Shown here: piece after piece, positions 23,266 through 34,883 of the stretch | Layout: every line of letters begins with the position of its first letter | Position numbering within the stretch: the first letter of the stretch is position 1 | Origin: an uncultured Planctomycetaceae bacterium | GTDB taxonomy: Bacteria > Planctomycetota > Planctomycetia > Planctomycetales > Planctomycetaceae | NCBI GenBank assembly: GCA_963815195.1 | Contig: CAWFGE010000017.1 | Location: 256,001 to 320,000 of the forward strand | DNA length: 64,000 bases | Reading direction: 5' to 3' | Made by a program: the position numbers and the translations under genes | The notes under the pieces: generated by a model | Database searches by the model: none | What the model was told of the DNA's origin: nothing | The model's input: the letters and a program-made list of their open reading frames with translations, nothing else

Positions 23266-24168
23266 ATGTCGCTTGTGCTGCGTAGCTTTTTGATCTTTGC
23301 CGCCATCACGTGCAGCGTTCATGAGATCGCGGAGGGCCAAACCCTTGGGTGCTTAAAGCACATCTTCTGCCACCGCTGCCGGCGGTATGACTGCGGCTGT
23401 GCCCAACCGTTGGCCGTGGCGGCTCCGCCCGCGGTCTGTGCGCCGGTCTGTCCGGTTCCGCCACCCACGCAAACCGTCGGGCCTCCTGTCGCGCAAAGCT
23501 GCGTGAAGACCTGCACCACGGTGCATCCCGTCGTCGAAACGCGGTATCGGCAGGAGAACTTCATGACCTACCGCACCGAATGCCGGACGGCGGTTCGGCA
23601 GGAAGCCTATTGCCAAACCGTTCCCGTGACGCACATCGAGAACGTGACGCGGGATGAGGGCTGCTACCAGATGGTGTGGGTGCCCAAGCCGGTCACTCGG
23701 CAGGTCTGCAAGACCACCTATCAACAACGCACGGCGTATCGCAATGTGCCTTATCAGTACCAGGTGCAGGTGCCGGAGATGAAATGCCGGGTCGTTCCGC
23801 AGCAGTCCGTGCGCTACGTGCAGCAAACCCACACCTTCGCCGAGCCGATGACGCCGATTTGTCCGCCGGTCCCGTCGTGCGCCGCCCCGGTGTTTGCTCC
23901 GGCGGCGGAAACGGCCGCCTACCCGCCGCCCATCGCACCGACCTATGCGGCACCGTCGTGTGAGGCTCCCGCGCCGGTTCCGCTGCCGGCCGGTGCGCCC
24001 GCCGCTCAAAACGGCACGCCTTGGACGCCGGTCCCCCAACGGGCGACGACCGACGCCGAGGTTCAAGGCATGAATTATCTGCCGGTCGCCGCTCGGCCTT
24101 ATGAGCAAGCCGCCTCCGCCGCGGCGCAAATCCCCTCCGCCGCAGCCGCCTGGCAAACTCGGCGATAG
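23266..24168 (+). CDS. Secreted Cys/Pro/Val/Thr-rich YTV-like protein
   Basis: AGGAGGAG upstream; signal peptide; repetitive YCQTVPV, YRNVPYQY and C..VWVP segments. Confidence 0.75.
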   Translation: MSLVLRSFLIFAAITCSVHEIAEGQTLGCLKHIFCHRCRRYDCGCAQPLAVAAPPAVCAPVCPVPPPTQTVGPPVAQSCVKTCTTVHPVVETRYRQENFMTYRTECRTAVRQEAYCQTVPVTHIENVTRDEGCYQMVWVPKPVTRQVCKTTYQQRTAYRNVPYQYQVQVPEMKCRVVPQQSVRYVQQTHTFAEPMTPICPPVPSCAAPVFAPAAETAAYPPPIAPTYAAPSCEAPAPVPLPAGAPAAQNGTPWTPVPQRATTDAEVQGMNYLPVAARPYEQAASAAAQIPSAAAAWQTRR

Positions 24169-24196
24169 GCTTCCGTTTCCCTTCGCAAAAATCAAA

Positions 24197-24240
24197 GCCC
24201 CCGTGAATCCCTGAAGGTTCACGGGGGCATTTCGGTTTTG
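24197..24240. terminator. Intrinsic terminator between convergent genes
   Basis: gcccccgtgaat / gttcacgggggc stem with A-rich left and T-rich right flank. Confidence 0.75.
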
Positions 24241-24269
24241 GGATTTGCCGACAAAAACGTGCCGGACGG

Positions 24270-24698
24270 CTACTCGTCGCGGGTGTGGATGAACAGCGCT
24301 TTCTTCTGGCCGGGCAACGTAAAATCAAACCCGCAGGAGCGAAAGAAGTCTTCGTTGGCGGTGATCGCCATGACTTCCAGCACATTCAAATCGTGGGCGA
24401 GTTTTACGCAGGATTCAACGAGCTTTTTGCCCACGCCCTTGCCGCGAAGCTCCTCCGCGACGGCGAGGCTGCGGACCTCGGCGAGCTTTTTGGAATACAC
24501 CTCGAGGGCTGCGAACCCCACGATGTCCCCCGCATGATCGGCCACGAATCCGCGCGGGAGCAAGGCATCCAGTTCGTCGATCGTCCGTGGCAAGAGCTGC
24601 CCGGCTCCCACGAACGGTTGAATAAACGCATCCAGCGCATTCAAATCCCGCGACTCGGCCGGCCGCACGATGACATCCGCAGGAGAAATCTCACTCAT
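24270..24698 (-). CDS. GNAT acetyltransferase, short ArgA (N-acetylglutamate synthase)-like
   Basis: LLPRT, LAEVRSLAV, RGKGVGKKLV, FFRSCGF. Confidence 0.8.
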   Translation of the reverse strand: MSEISPADVIVRPAESRDLNALDAFIQPFVGAGQLLPRTIDELDALLPRGFVADHAGDIVGFAALEVYSKKLAEVRSLAVAEELRGKGVGKKLVESCVKLAHDLNVLEVMAITANEDFFRSCGFDFTLPGQKKALFIHTRDE

Positions 24699-24843
24699 CA
24701 AACAACACAGCCAATCTCGGAAAGAAAACACGACGAGCGGTTTGGGTGGCACGCCCTGAGGTACGAAGGGCGTGGTCCTTGCGATTGCCACGCCCTTCGC
24801 TCAGGGACTTGCCATCCGAAACCGAACTCGTTTCTCGAAAAAA

Positions 24844-25254
24844 TCAGGCGGACGTGGGGGGCGAGCAGAGTTCGACGATGTGGCCGTCGGGATCGAACAC
24901 GAACACCTGGGCCGCTCCGTCCGGGCGGGCTTTCGTGCGGGAGACGAACTCGTAGCCCAATTCCTCCAATCGCTGTTCCGCGGCGTGGGCGTCGGCCACT
25001 TGAAACGCAAAATGATGAGCCCGCGAGGACCGGCCCATTTCGCCGGTCATCCCCGCCGGGCCGGATTGCTCGTGCTCCAGGATCAGATGAATCTGCGTGT
25101 CCCCCGCCTGGAACCACCGCCCGTCGAACGAAAACCCCGGCCGAGGCACCTGCTGCATGCCCAATCCGTCCACATAAAACCGCCGGCTCTTTTCCAGATC
25201 CTTCACCACAATCGTCACATGATCCAACGACTTGACTTTGATTGCCTCTGCCAT
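24844..25254 (-). CDS. VOC/glyoxalase family protein
   Basis: LDHVTIVV.DLEKSRRFY, QIHL, HFAF, DPDGHIVEL. Confidence 0.92.
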   Translation of the reverse strand: MAEAIKVKSLDHVTIVVKDLEKSRRFYVDGLGMQQVPRPGFSFDGRWFQAGDTQIHLILEHEQSGPAGMTGEMGRSSRAHHFAFQVADAHAAEQRLEELGYEFVSRTKARPDGAAQVFVFDPDGHIVELCSPPTSA

Positions 25255-25305
25255 AGCTGCTCTCTGAGAACTGAATAAAAGGTTTCCTCAAAACATGTTT
25301 TTTCA

Positions 25306-25476
25306 ACCACGAAGACACGAAGGACACAAAAAGAAATGTATCCCAATAAGGATTTCGGGAACACTAATCTTCACTAATAAACACTAATAATCGGAATGAA
25401 TCCAATTAGTGAAGATTAGTGAGAATTAGTGTTCCTTCCTTTTGCCTTTTTTCGTGTTGTTCGTGTTTTTCGTGGT
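25306..25476. repeat. Nested inverted arrays of short tandem repeats
   Basis: Outer cacgaa-type x3 versus ttcgtg x3; inner cactaat x3 versus attagtg x3. Confidence 0.8.
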
Positions 25477-25487
25477 CCCTTCTCTTC

Positions 25488-26619
25488 TTACGAAGTGCGA
25501 ATCGGGTCGCCGATTTTCCAGTTTATGCCGTCGCGGATCACGTGCCGATACAGCGTATCCCGTTCCACCGGTTCGCGGCCGGCTTCGCGGATCAGGCGGT
25601 GGAGTTGCTCGACCGTCAGACCCTGCGGCGTCTCGGCCCCGGCGTCGTGATAGATGATTTCATGCACCACGGTGCCGTCGATGTCGTCCGCCCCGAAGCT
25701 GAGCGCGACCTGGGCGGTCTTTTCGCCGAGCATGATCCAATAGGCTTTGATGTGGTCGAAGTTGTCGAGCATGATCCGCGAGAGGGCGATGATCCGCAGG
25801 TCCGTGAGGCCGCTGGCCTTGGGGATGTCGGCCATCCCGGTGTTCTCGGGGTGAAACGCGAGCGGGATAAACGTCTGAAACCCGCCGGTCTCATCCTGGA
25901 GGTCCCGCAAGCGGCCGAGATGGTCCAGGCGATGCCGGCCGTTCTCGATGTGCCCGTAAAGCATCGTCGCGTTCGTGCGAAGGCCCATTTCGTGAGCGGT
26001 GCGGTGGACATCAAACCATAACTCGGCGTCGGCTTTGTGCTCGCAGATTTTCTCGCGGACTTCGGGATCGAAAATCTCAGCCCCGCCGCCGGGCATGCTG
26101 CCCAAGCCGGCTTCGATCATCTGTTCCAGGACCCAGCGGATCGGTTTTTTCGTCATGTAGCTGAACCAGCCGATCTCCACCGGCGTCCAGGCTTTGATGT
26201 GCAGCTCCGGCCAGGTCTCGCGGATCATGCGGATCACGTTGACGTACCAATCGAACGTCTTCAGATGATGCAGTCCCCCCACGACATGAATTTCCGTCGC
26301 CCCCTTCGCGCGGGCTTCCTCCACGCGGGCCCGGATCATCTCGTCGTCGAAGGTGTAGGCTTTTTCCGAACGCAGGTCCGCCCGGAATGCGCAAAAACGT
26401 GCACCGATACACGCAGACGTTTGTGGGGTTTAAGTGGATGTTGGTGTTGTAATAGGCGTTGTTGCCGTTCTTTTGCTCGCGGACCACGTTCGCCAACCGG
26501 CCGAGCGTCAAAATGTCCGCGTGGTCGTGCAAATACAGGCCTTCATCCAGGCTGATCCGCTCGCGGGCGTGGATCTTCTCGGCGATGTGTTCGATGGGAG
26601 ATGCGGTGGTAACGGACAT
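25488..26619 (-). CDS. mqnE: Aminofutalosine synthase, radical SAM; frameshift at A5 run 26393-26397
   Basis: Removing one base restores NPTNVCVYRCTFCAF (CxxxCxxC); HVVGGLH, MPGGGAEIF, NATMLYGH, FIPLAFHPENT, HIKAYW. Confidence 0.9.
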
Positions 26620-26914
26620 GGGTTTCCGTTTCAGGTTGCAAGTTTCAGGTTTTTGGTGAGGCGGGGAAGCGGCCGGATAAAGGAATCTTCCGTCCTTTGT
26701 TCTCGTTAACTCACGGGATTTTAGTCGACCCGGCCCGCTGCGGCCACCATCACGCGAGATTGAGCTTTGGGCAACTGAGGAAATCTCTGACAGGACGAAA
26801 AGGAATCTCCTCCAGCTTTTAGAATGCTCGCAGCCCTTGCGTTGGCGGAAGGATTTGATTTAGCTTATTCATCAGGAGGCACTCATTCCAACATGGGAAG
26901 GATTGTGCTTGCGT

Positions 26915-29607
26915 ATGCCAAACAACTGTCCGGTCCGTTTTCGGAGACAACCGGCGCGGTCGCCATTACTCAATAATCCGTTCGCCTCATCAAACATTAA
27001 CCGCGCCCACACTCCCCATTCCCACCCCGGAACACCGGCAGGTCTCGCAGTCCGCCTCGTGGCGGGCTTGGTGTGTCTTTTTCTTTTTGCCGGCCCAACA
27101 TTCGCTGCAGACATCGAAGAGGCCGAGGAATTGTTCCGCACCGGCAAATTCGCCGAGTGCGTCGCTCTCACCGGAAAAGCGATCGAGGACGGGGATTTCT
27201 CGGAAACCTGGCGGGAACTGCGGATTCGCTCCCAAATGGCGCAGGGGCAGTATGCGGACGCCCTCAAATCGTTGGATGAAGCGCTTAAGCGATTTCCCAA
27301 CAGCATCCGCCTCCGCTGGCTCGGCCGGGACGTGCACCGCTTTAGCGGCGACTCGATGCCGCGGAAAAGACGCTCAAAGAAATCGGCCAGCGGATCGAAA
27401 CGTCTCCCTTCCTCTACCGCGATGCGCTCGACACGATCGTCATCGGCAAATTCTTTCTAGAGCAGGGCGAAGACGCCAAGCAGGTTTTGGTCAATATCTA
27501 TAAGAAGGTCCAAGCATCACATCCCACGTTGCCGGACGGGCACATCGCGGCGGGCGAGTTGGCCCTCCAAAAACAAGATTACGCCCTGGCCGCGGCGTCG
27601 TTTCAAAACGCCCTCAAGCTCGACGAGAAGAACCCCGACACCTATTTCTCGCTGGCGGAGGCGTTTGCGTCCGGCGAATCGGAAAAAGCCGACGCGGCGC
27701 TTCAAAAATCGCTCGAGATCAATCCCCGGCACGTGCCCAGCCTCTTGTATCTGGTGGATGACCACATCGACGCCGAGCGCTACGAGATGGCGGAGACTTC
27801 GCTCGAATCGATTCTCAAGGTCAATCCGCGCGAGCCGTCGGCGTGGGCATACAAGGCCGTGCTCGCGCATTTGCAGCACGAGCCGAAAGCCGAGGTGGAA
27901 GCGCGGGCCAAAGCGCTTTCGACCTGGAAAGCCAATCCGAAAGTGGATCACCTCATCGGCAAGAAGCTTTCGCAGAAATACCGCTTCGCCGAGGGCGAAG
28001 TCTATCAGCGGCGGGCCTTGGCGTTCGATGCGACCTACCTCCCCGCCAAGATGCAGTTGGGGCAGGATTTGCTCCGGCTGGGCAAAGAAGCCGAGGGCTG
28101 GAAACTCGCCGAGGAAGTCTTCGAGGCGGACCCTTATAACGTCATGGCCCACAACCTGGCGACGCTCAGAGATCGCTTGAACAAATTCACGATCCTCATC
28201 GACCACGGCTTCGTGGTGCGGATGGACTCGGTCGAAGCGAAAATCTACGGCCAGCGGGTGCTGGAGTTGCTCAAGGACGCCAAGGAAAAACTCTCTCAAA
28301 AATACGACACGAAACTCAAAGAGCCCATCTACGTCGACATCTACCCCCGCCAGCAGGATTTCGCCATCCGCACCTTCGGCATGCCCGGCGGGGCGGGATT
28401 TTTGGGCGTGTGCTTCGGGCAGGTCGTAACCATGAACAGTCCCGCGGCCCAGGGATCTTCGCCTTCCAATTGGGAATCGGTCTTATGGCATGAGTTCTGC
28501 CACGTGGTCACTTTGACCAAAACCCATAACCGCATGCCCCGCTGGTTGAGCGAAGGCATTTCAGTTTACGAAGAACGCCAGGCCGACCCCACCTGGGGAC
28601 AGCCGCTGACGCTCAATTTCCGCAAGATGATTCTGGAGGGCGAACTCACGCCGGTGAGCGGATTGAGCGGCGCGTTTTTGCATCCCAAATCCTCGCTGCA
28701 TTTGCAGTTTGCGTATTACGAATCCGCGCTGGTCGTGGAGTATCTGATCGAGAAATTCGGGCGGGAGACGCTCAATCAAATCCTCGCCGATTTGGGGCGG
28801 GGCCTGACGATCAACGATTGCCTGGACCGTTCCACGGGTTCCTTGGAAGCTTTGGATAAAGACTTTGAAGCCTATGCCAAGTCGCGGGCGGAGAGCCTCG
28901 CCAAGGGTGCGGATTTCACCGATCCCGAACTGCCTCGCTCCGCCGATGAAGCCGAGATCAAAGCCTACCTCAAGGAGCATCCCAACAACTTCCCGGCCCT
29001 GCAAAAGTACGCCAAGAAGCTGATTGCCGCCAAGAAATGGGACGAAGCCAAAAAAGTTCTCACAGAACTCCATGCGCTTTATCCGCAGTACATCGGCTCG
29101 GACAGCGCGCTGAATTTGTTGGGGAGGATTCACCGCGAACTCGGCGAGACGGAACAAGAACGAGCCGCGCTTTCCCAGGTCGCCGACTTGGAAGATGACG
29201 TGGTGGATGTGTACCTTCGGCTCGCGGAGATTTGCGAAGCGAACCAGGATTGGCCCGGCGTCGTCGCTTACTCGCAGAAGGCGCTCGCGGTCAATCCGCT
29301 CATCAAACCGCCGCACCGGTATTTGTCCGCAGCCGCTGAAAAAACAGGCAACGATTCCCAGGCGATCGCCAGTTTGCTTGCGCTTGCGGAAATGGAACCG
29401 ATCGACCCGGCGGGCCTTCATTTTCGCACGGCCCGGTTGCTCAAACGCACGGACCAACTCGCCGAAGCCCGCCGGCAAGTGGTCAAAGCCCTCGAAGAAG
29501 CCCCCAGGTATCGGGCGGCACATCGTTTGCTTCTGCAGATCGCCCAAGCGGAACACCAGGCAGAGAAGACATCCCATTCCCCCGCGATTGCGGAGAAACA
29601 ACCGTGA
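26915..29607 (+). CDS. Exported TPR-repeat protein with gluzincin (peptidase MA-like) domain; frameshift near 27352; start uncertain
   Basis: Signal-like LVAGLVCLFLFAGPTFA; TPR repeats on both sides of LWHEFCHVV...PRWLSEG. Confidence 0.85.
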
Positions 29608-30440
29608 CCCGAAAACTCGTCCTTTTGTTGGTGCTGATCTCGGTTTTGGCCTCCATCGGCGTGGCTCAATACCGCCGGGGCGGGCGGGGTTATAGCCGGC
29701 GGTCGCGGAACGACATGCTGCGCCCCGAAGATCCCAACCGCGACCGGGGCGGCGTTCCGACTTGGGACAAGGACCAGGAGTTTAAGCACGATGTGTTTAC
29801 CTTCGTGCGCGTCGAATATTCCTCGTACCGCTGGAACAAATGGCAGACGGACTATCCCGACAGCGACCTGAATTTTTCGTATCGCCTCCAGGAACTCACG
29901 TCGCTCAAGGTCGATCCCAACGGCAAAATCCTGAAACTGACCGATCCCGAATTACTCGATTACCCGTTCATCTACATCATCGAGCCCGGCGACATGGCCC
30001 TCGAAGAAGCCGAGGTGCTGGGCCTGCGAAAATACCTGGAGAACGGCGGATTTCTGATGGTGGACGACTTCTGGGGCGAAGACGAGTGGTTCGGGTTCTA
30101 TCAGAACATCAAACGCGTGTTCCCCGACCGCAACCTCGTGGAATTGCCCTTGGAGCATGAGATTTTCCACTGCGTGTACGACCTCAAAGAGAAGCCTCAG
30201 ATTCCGAGCATCAACCACTATTGGAGCGGCCAGCGCACGGAGCGCTGGGACGCCCAGGAGCCGCATTACCGGGCGATCTTCGATGACAACGGCCGCATGA
30301 TGGCCATCATCTGCCACAACACCGACCTGGGCGACGGCTGGGAGCGGGAAGGTTTGGACTCGGGGTATTTCAAAGAGTATTCCGAAAAATGGGCCTACCC
30401 GCTGGGCATCAACATCGTGACCTACGCGATGACGCATTGA
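29604..30440 (+). CDS. DUF4159 domain protein, exported
   Basis: WQTDYPDSDLN, YPFIY..EPG, LRKYLENGGFLMVDDFWG, NTDLGDGWE, GINIVTYAMTH; GTGA overlap with the upstream gene. Confidence 0.88.
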   Translation: MTRKLVLLLVLISVLASIGVAQYRRGGRGYSRRSRNDMLRPEDPNRDRGGVPTWDKDQEFKHDVFTFVRVEYSSYRWNKWQTDYPDSDLNFSYRLQELTSLKVDPNGKILKLTDPELLDYPFIYIIEPGDMALEEAEVLGLRKYLENGGFLMVDDFWGEDEWFGFYQNIKRVFPDRNLVELPLEHEIFHCVYDLKEKPQIPSINHYWSGQRTERWDAQEPHYRAIFDDNGRMMAIICHNTDLGDGWEREGLDSGYFKEYSEKWAYPLGINIVTYAMTH

Positions 30441-30523
30441 AAGAAAACGTAACCAACGCCCTTCCAAAGGGTTTATTGGAAAAGAGGAATTTCAAAGTTC
30501 CGACGCGGCGAATTCGCAACCAA

Positions 30524-30581
30524 CGCAGCGGCGGCATCTTGCCGCCGTGGATTGAATCGGCGGTTGGAAGCCGCCGCTACG
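30524..30581. repeat. Inverted pair of GTAG-type REPs (REPIN-like)
   Basis: GCAG-cggcggc-atctt-gccgccg on + and GTAG-cggcggc-ttccaa-ccgccg on -. Confidence 0.75.
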
Positions 30582-30598
30582 AAAGTCTCTAACACGAA

Positions 30599-31627
30599 AT
30601 GGAGCCCCCCCTCGTGAGCGCTGTGGAATCTTTTGAAACCGAACAACAAACCGTGGAGCAGATTCGCGGGTGCCGGGACCAGATTTTTGCGGAGCTGTCC
30701 AAGGTGATCATCGGCCAAAGAGACGTGGCCGAGCAATTGCTGCTGTGCCTGTTTTCGGGCGGGCATTGCCTGATCACCGGGGCCCCGGGCCTTGCGAAAA
30801 CGCTCTTGGTGCGGTCGGTGGCTCAGATTTTCCACTTGAAGTTCCAGCGGATCCAGTTCACCCCCGACCTGATGCCCGCCGACATCACGGGCACCGAAAT
30901 TCTCGAAGAGACCGGCGACGGGCATCGCAAGATGCAGTTCGTCAAGGGGCCGATTTTTGCGAACGTGATCCTCGCGGACGAGATCAACCGCACGCCGCCC
31001 AAAACCCAGGCAGCGCTTTTGGAAGCGATGCAGGAACATCAAGTCACCGCGGCGGGGGTCAGGTATCCTTTGGAGGAACCCTTCTTCGTGCTCGCCACGC
31101 AAAACCCGATCGAAATGGAAGGCACCTATCCGCTCCCGGAAGCGCAGCTGGATCGGTTTATGTTCAACGTCCGCATCGACTATCTGCCCGAAGACGACGA
31201 GGTGGCCGTGGTCGCGCAGACGACTTCCAAAAAGCCGGAAGACATCCAGCCGCTCTTCAGCGGGGAAGATGTCGAGCGGTTTCACGATGTGGTCCGCCGG
31301 GTGCCGGTGGCCGAGGATTTGGTGCGGTATGCGGTGCGGTTGGCCGATGCCAGCCGGCCGGGCCGGGAGAATACGCCCGATTTCGTAAACCAGTGGGTGA
31401 GTTGGGGGGCCGGTTTGCGGGCGGCCCAATCGCTAATCCTGGGTGCCAAAGCCCGGGCGCTGTTTGAAGGGCGGCCCAACGTTTCGGTTGAGGACATCCG
31501 GGCTCTGGCGCCTGCGACATTTCGGCATCGCATCTTGATCAGTTACCGTGCCGAGGCCGAGGGCGTCTCGGTGGAAACGGTCATCGGTCGTCTTTTGGAA
31601 ACAGTAAAAGTTCCTGGCCGCGCGTGA
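30599..31627 (+). CDS. MoxR-family AAA+ ATPase
   Basis: GAPGLAKT, RIQFTPDLMPADITG, LADEINRTPPKTQAALLEAMQE, ATQNPIEMEGTYPLPEAQLDRF. Confidence 0.97.
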   Translation: MEPPLVSAVESFETEQQTVEQIRGCRDQIFAELSKVIIGQRDVAEQLLLCLFSGGHCLITGAPGLAKTLLVRSVAQIFHLKFQRIQFTPDLMPADITGTEILEETGDGHRKMQFVKGPIFANVILADEINRTPPKTQAALLEAMQEHQVTAAGVRYPLEEPFFVLATQNPIEMEGTYPLPEAQLDRFMFNVRIDYLPEDDEVAVVAQTTSKKPEDIQPLFSGEDVERFHDVVRRVPVAEDLVRYAVRLADASRPGRENTPDFVNQWVSWGAGLRAAQSLILGAKARALFEGRPNVSVEDIRALAPATFRHRILISYRAEAEGVSVETVIGRLLETVKVPGRA

Positions 31628-31656
31628 TTGTCGAAGCAAATCTCGCATTTCAAAAA

Positions 31657-31774
31657 AAGGCGAGCGGACCAACCTGCGGTCGGTGCCCGCGTAAGCTTCC
31701 CGGTTTTGTGGAGTGATGAAGAACTCGGAGAGACCAGGGGGCTGACGCCCGGGCTGACGCCCCCCGCTCGCCTT
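31657..31774. repeat. REP-like element inside the operon
   Basis: aaggcgagcgg / ccgctcgcctt ends; tandem gggctgacgccc x2. Confidence 0.6.
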
Positions 31775-31795
31775 AACCCCAAGTCAATGTGTTTT

Positions 31796-32779
31796 ATGGC
31801 CACTGTCAGCAATTCCCAATCCGAGCAGCAAACCAAGACGACGTCCGCTTCGTTTATCGATCCCGCGTCGCTCATGCGGCTCAAGAACCTGGAGTTCCGG
31901 GCCCGGGTCGTTGTCGAGGGCTTTCTGACCGGCCTCCACAAAAGCCCGTATCACGGGTTCTCCGTCGAGTTCTCGGAATACCGCCAATACACGCCCGGCG
32001 ACGATCCGCGGTATCTCGATTGGAGGCTGTACGCCCGCAGCGACCGCTATTACATCAAGCGGTTTGAGGATGAGACGAACCTCCGCTCTTGGCTGCTGGT
32101 CGATCTGAGCCGATCCATGAGTTTCGGCACCTTGGGTTACGACAAGGCCGAGTACGCCAAAACCGCGGCCGCGACCTTGGCGTATTTTCTCACGCAGCAG
32201 CGGGACGCAGTCGGCTTGTTGACCTTCGACGAAACCCTCACCGAATTCCTGCCCGCGCGGTATCGGCCCGGCCATCTGCACCGGCTGATGCTGGGCCTGG
32301 AACGTTCCGTGGGCGGAAAGTCCACCAACCTCGAAACGCCGCTGGAGCGCATCGCCGCCGCGGTTTCGAAGCGGGGCTTGATCATCTTGATTTCCGACCT
32401 GCTCGCGCCGGTGGAAACTTTGGAAAAGAACCTGGGTTATCTCCGCTCGCGCGGGCATGAAGTGCTCTTGATCCGCGTGCTCGACCCGGCGGAGTTGACG
32501 TTCTCCTTTGCCGACCCGTCGATGTTTCGCGACGTGGAAACCGGCCGGCAACTTTATATCGATCCCGAAACCGCGCGGGAGAACTATCTGGAAAAATTCC
32601 ACGGCCATCTGCGAATCATCAAGCGGACCTGCAACAACCTGGGGATCGAGTTCTCGCAGGTTTCCACCGACCAGCCGCTGGAAATGGTGCTGTTCGATTT
32701 CCTCAGCGCGCGGATGCGGCGCGGCCCCGGCAGCACGACCCGGCGGAACAGCAACCCGGCCACGGGAGGTGTCCGATGA
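31796..32779 (+). CDS. DUF58 vWA-like protein
   Basis: GLHKSPYHGFSVEFSEYRQYTPGDD...DW, KRFEDET, DLSRS MIDAS, ISD. Confidence 0.95.
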   Translation: MATVSNSQSEQQTKTTSASFIDPASLMRLKNLEFRARVVVEGFLTGLHKSPYHGFSVEFSEYRQYTPGDDPRYLDWRLYARSDRYYIKRFEDETNLRSWLLVDLSRSMSFGTLGYDKAEYAKTAAATLAYFLTQQRDAVGLLTFDETLTEFLPARYRPGHLHRLMLGLERSVGGKSTNLETPLERIAAAVSKRGLIILISDLLAPVETLEKNLGYLRSRGHEVLLIRVLDPAELTFSFADPSMFRDVETGRQLYIDPETARENYLEKFHGHLRIIKRTCNNLGIEFSQVSTDQPLEMVLFDFLSARMRRGPGSTTRRNSNPATGGVR

Positions 32780-34883
32780 ATTGGTTGTTCGGCCTGTTTA
32801 TGCTGGGATCGGCGGCGGTGGTGTTTCCGTTGATCTTCCACCTCATCCGCCAAACGCCCAAAGGCCGGCAGGAATTCAGTTCGCTGATGTTCCTCCAGCC
32901 CACGCCGCCGCGGCTCACAAGGCGGAGCCGGCTGGATGACATTCTGCTGTTGATCCTCAGGGGCCTGGTAATTGTGTTATTGGCGCTCGGGTTTACGCGG
33001 CCGTTCTGGCGGGCGGCGGCGGATTTGTCTTTGAACGGCATCCGCGGGCGGCGGGTGGCGATTTTGGTCGATACGAGCGCCAGCATGCGGCGGGGGAACG
33101 CCTGGAACCAGGCCGTCCGCAAGGTCGATGAGGTGCTCAAATCCCTGGAACCCGCCGACGATGCGGCCCTGTTCACGTTCGACCGCGATCTCCAAACGGT
33201 GGTGGATTTCAACGACCCCGACAAAGAAGCCCCCAACGACAAGCCCGCCTTGATCCAGAGCCTCTTGAAAGACCGCGCCCCGACCTGGAACCAGACCGAC
33301 ATAGGCACGGCTCTCATCCGGGCGGCGGAGATTTTGGATGAAACGATCGACCGCGAAGAGTCCGACGATGCCCTGCAGATCATCGTCATCAGCGACATGC
33401 AGCGCGGGGCGGATTTGAAGGCGCTTCAGATCTACGAATGGCCGAAAGATGTGCGGGTGGAAATCCAAAAGGTCGCGCCAAAGGATGTTTCCAATGCGTC
33501 GCTGCAACTCTTGGCCGGGACCGAAGAGGAATCCGCCGAAGCCGAGCCGCGGGTCCGCGTGACGAATGGGGCCGAGTCTGCGGTCTATCAGTTTCTGGTG
33601 AGTTGGGTCGGCCAGAAGAACCGCCCGGGCGACGAAGCCGTGACTTTCTACGTGCCGCCCGGCCAGAGCCGCGTGTTGCCGGTGCCGCGGAGCGAAGTGG
33701 ATCTCGCCGCGGACCGGTTGGTGCTCACGGGTGATGGGGCGGAATTTGACAATCAATATTTCGTCGTGCCGGTCCGGCAGGAGGAATTCCGGCTGGCGTA
33801 CCTGGGCGATGAGGATCCCGCCGATGCGGAGGGTTTGCTGTTTTATCTCGATCAGGTTCTGGTGGAAACCGAGGAGCGGAAGGTCGTCGTCTCGCAGTTC
33901 CCGGCCGACAAAACCATGCCCCTCCTGGCCGATGAGCTTCCGCATCTCGTGGTGATTGCCCGGCCGGTGTCGGAAGCGGAACAAACGGCTTTGGACGGTT
34001 ACGTCGAAGCCGGCGGGCGTGTGTTGGTGATGTTGGCCGATGAAAAGCAGCTCGCGTCGCTCGGCGATTTGCTCTCCGGGGCGAAGCTCGATCCGATCCA
34101 GACCGCCTCCGCGAGCGAGTACCGCATGCTGGGGCAGATTGATTTCACGCATCCGCTATTCGTGCCGTTCGCGAGCCCCCGCTACAACGATTTCACCGGC
34201 ATCCGGTTTTGGAAACACCGCTCGGTCTCGCTACCCGAAGACACCAAGGCGAACGTCGTCGCCCGCTTCGACAACGGCAAGCCGGCACTCTGGGAACAGC
34301 CCCTAGGCCAAGGGCAAAGTCTATGTGCTTCGCCAGCGGCTGGCAGCCGGCGGAAAGCCAACTCGCGCTGTCCAACAAGTTCCTGCCGTTGGTGGAAGGG
34401 CTGCTCGAAGAATGCACGCCCCGGCGGCTCAAAGCGACTTCGTATCTCGTGGGGGAGACCGTGCCGCTGCCGAGCGCTTCCTCCGGCGACCGTCGGGTCG
34501 TCCTGCGGCCGGACGGCGGGGAGTTTCTCGTACCGAGCGATGCCGCGTCCTTTACCGGCACAATCGAACCCGGCATCTATCGGCTGAAAACCAATGGCAC
34601 CGAGCGGACCTTCGCGGTCAATTTGCCCCAAAGCGAAAGCGAAACCCAGCCGATGGAAGTGGAAAATCTCGAACAGCGGGGCGTCCGCCTGGGGACGCAG
34701 GCGACTCGCAGCGAAGAATACGAACGCCTCCGCCAGCTTCGCGACCGCGAATTGGAAAGCAAACAGAAGATGTGGAAATGGCTCGTCGCCTTCGCCCTGG
34801 TTGTGGTGGGGGCGGAAACCTGGCTCGCCGGTCGGCGGGCCGCGAAGTCTCCCGAAATCTCTGGAAGTGGAGAACCGGCATGA
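32776..34883 (+). CDS. BatA N-terminal double-TM plus vWA membrane protein; frameshifted near 34313-34331
   Basis: PLIFHLI...FSSLMFL...LLLILR...FTRP (BatA), DTSAS MIDAS, ISD, PGIY...FAVN...ES and C-terminal TM. Confidence 0.88.

Noticed and set aside
26340..26420. Programmed frameshift or pseudogene in mqnE
   Set aside because: One extra base in a 5-nt homopolymer, matching the window-wide error pattern; motifs are otherwise intact.
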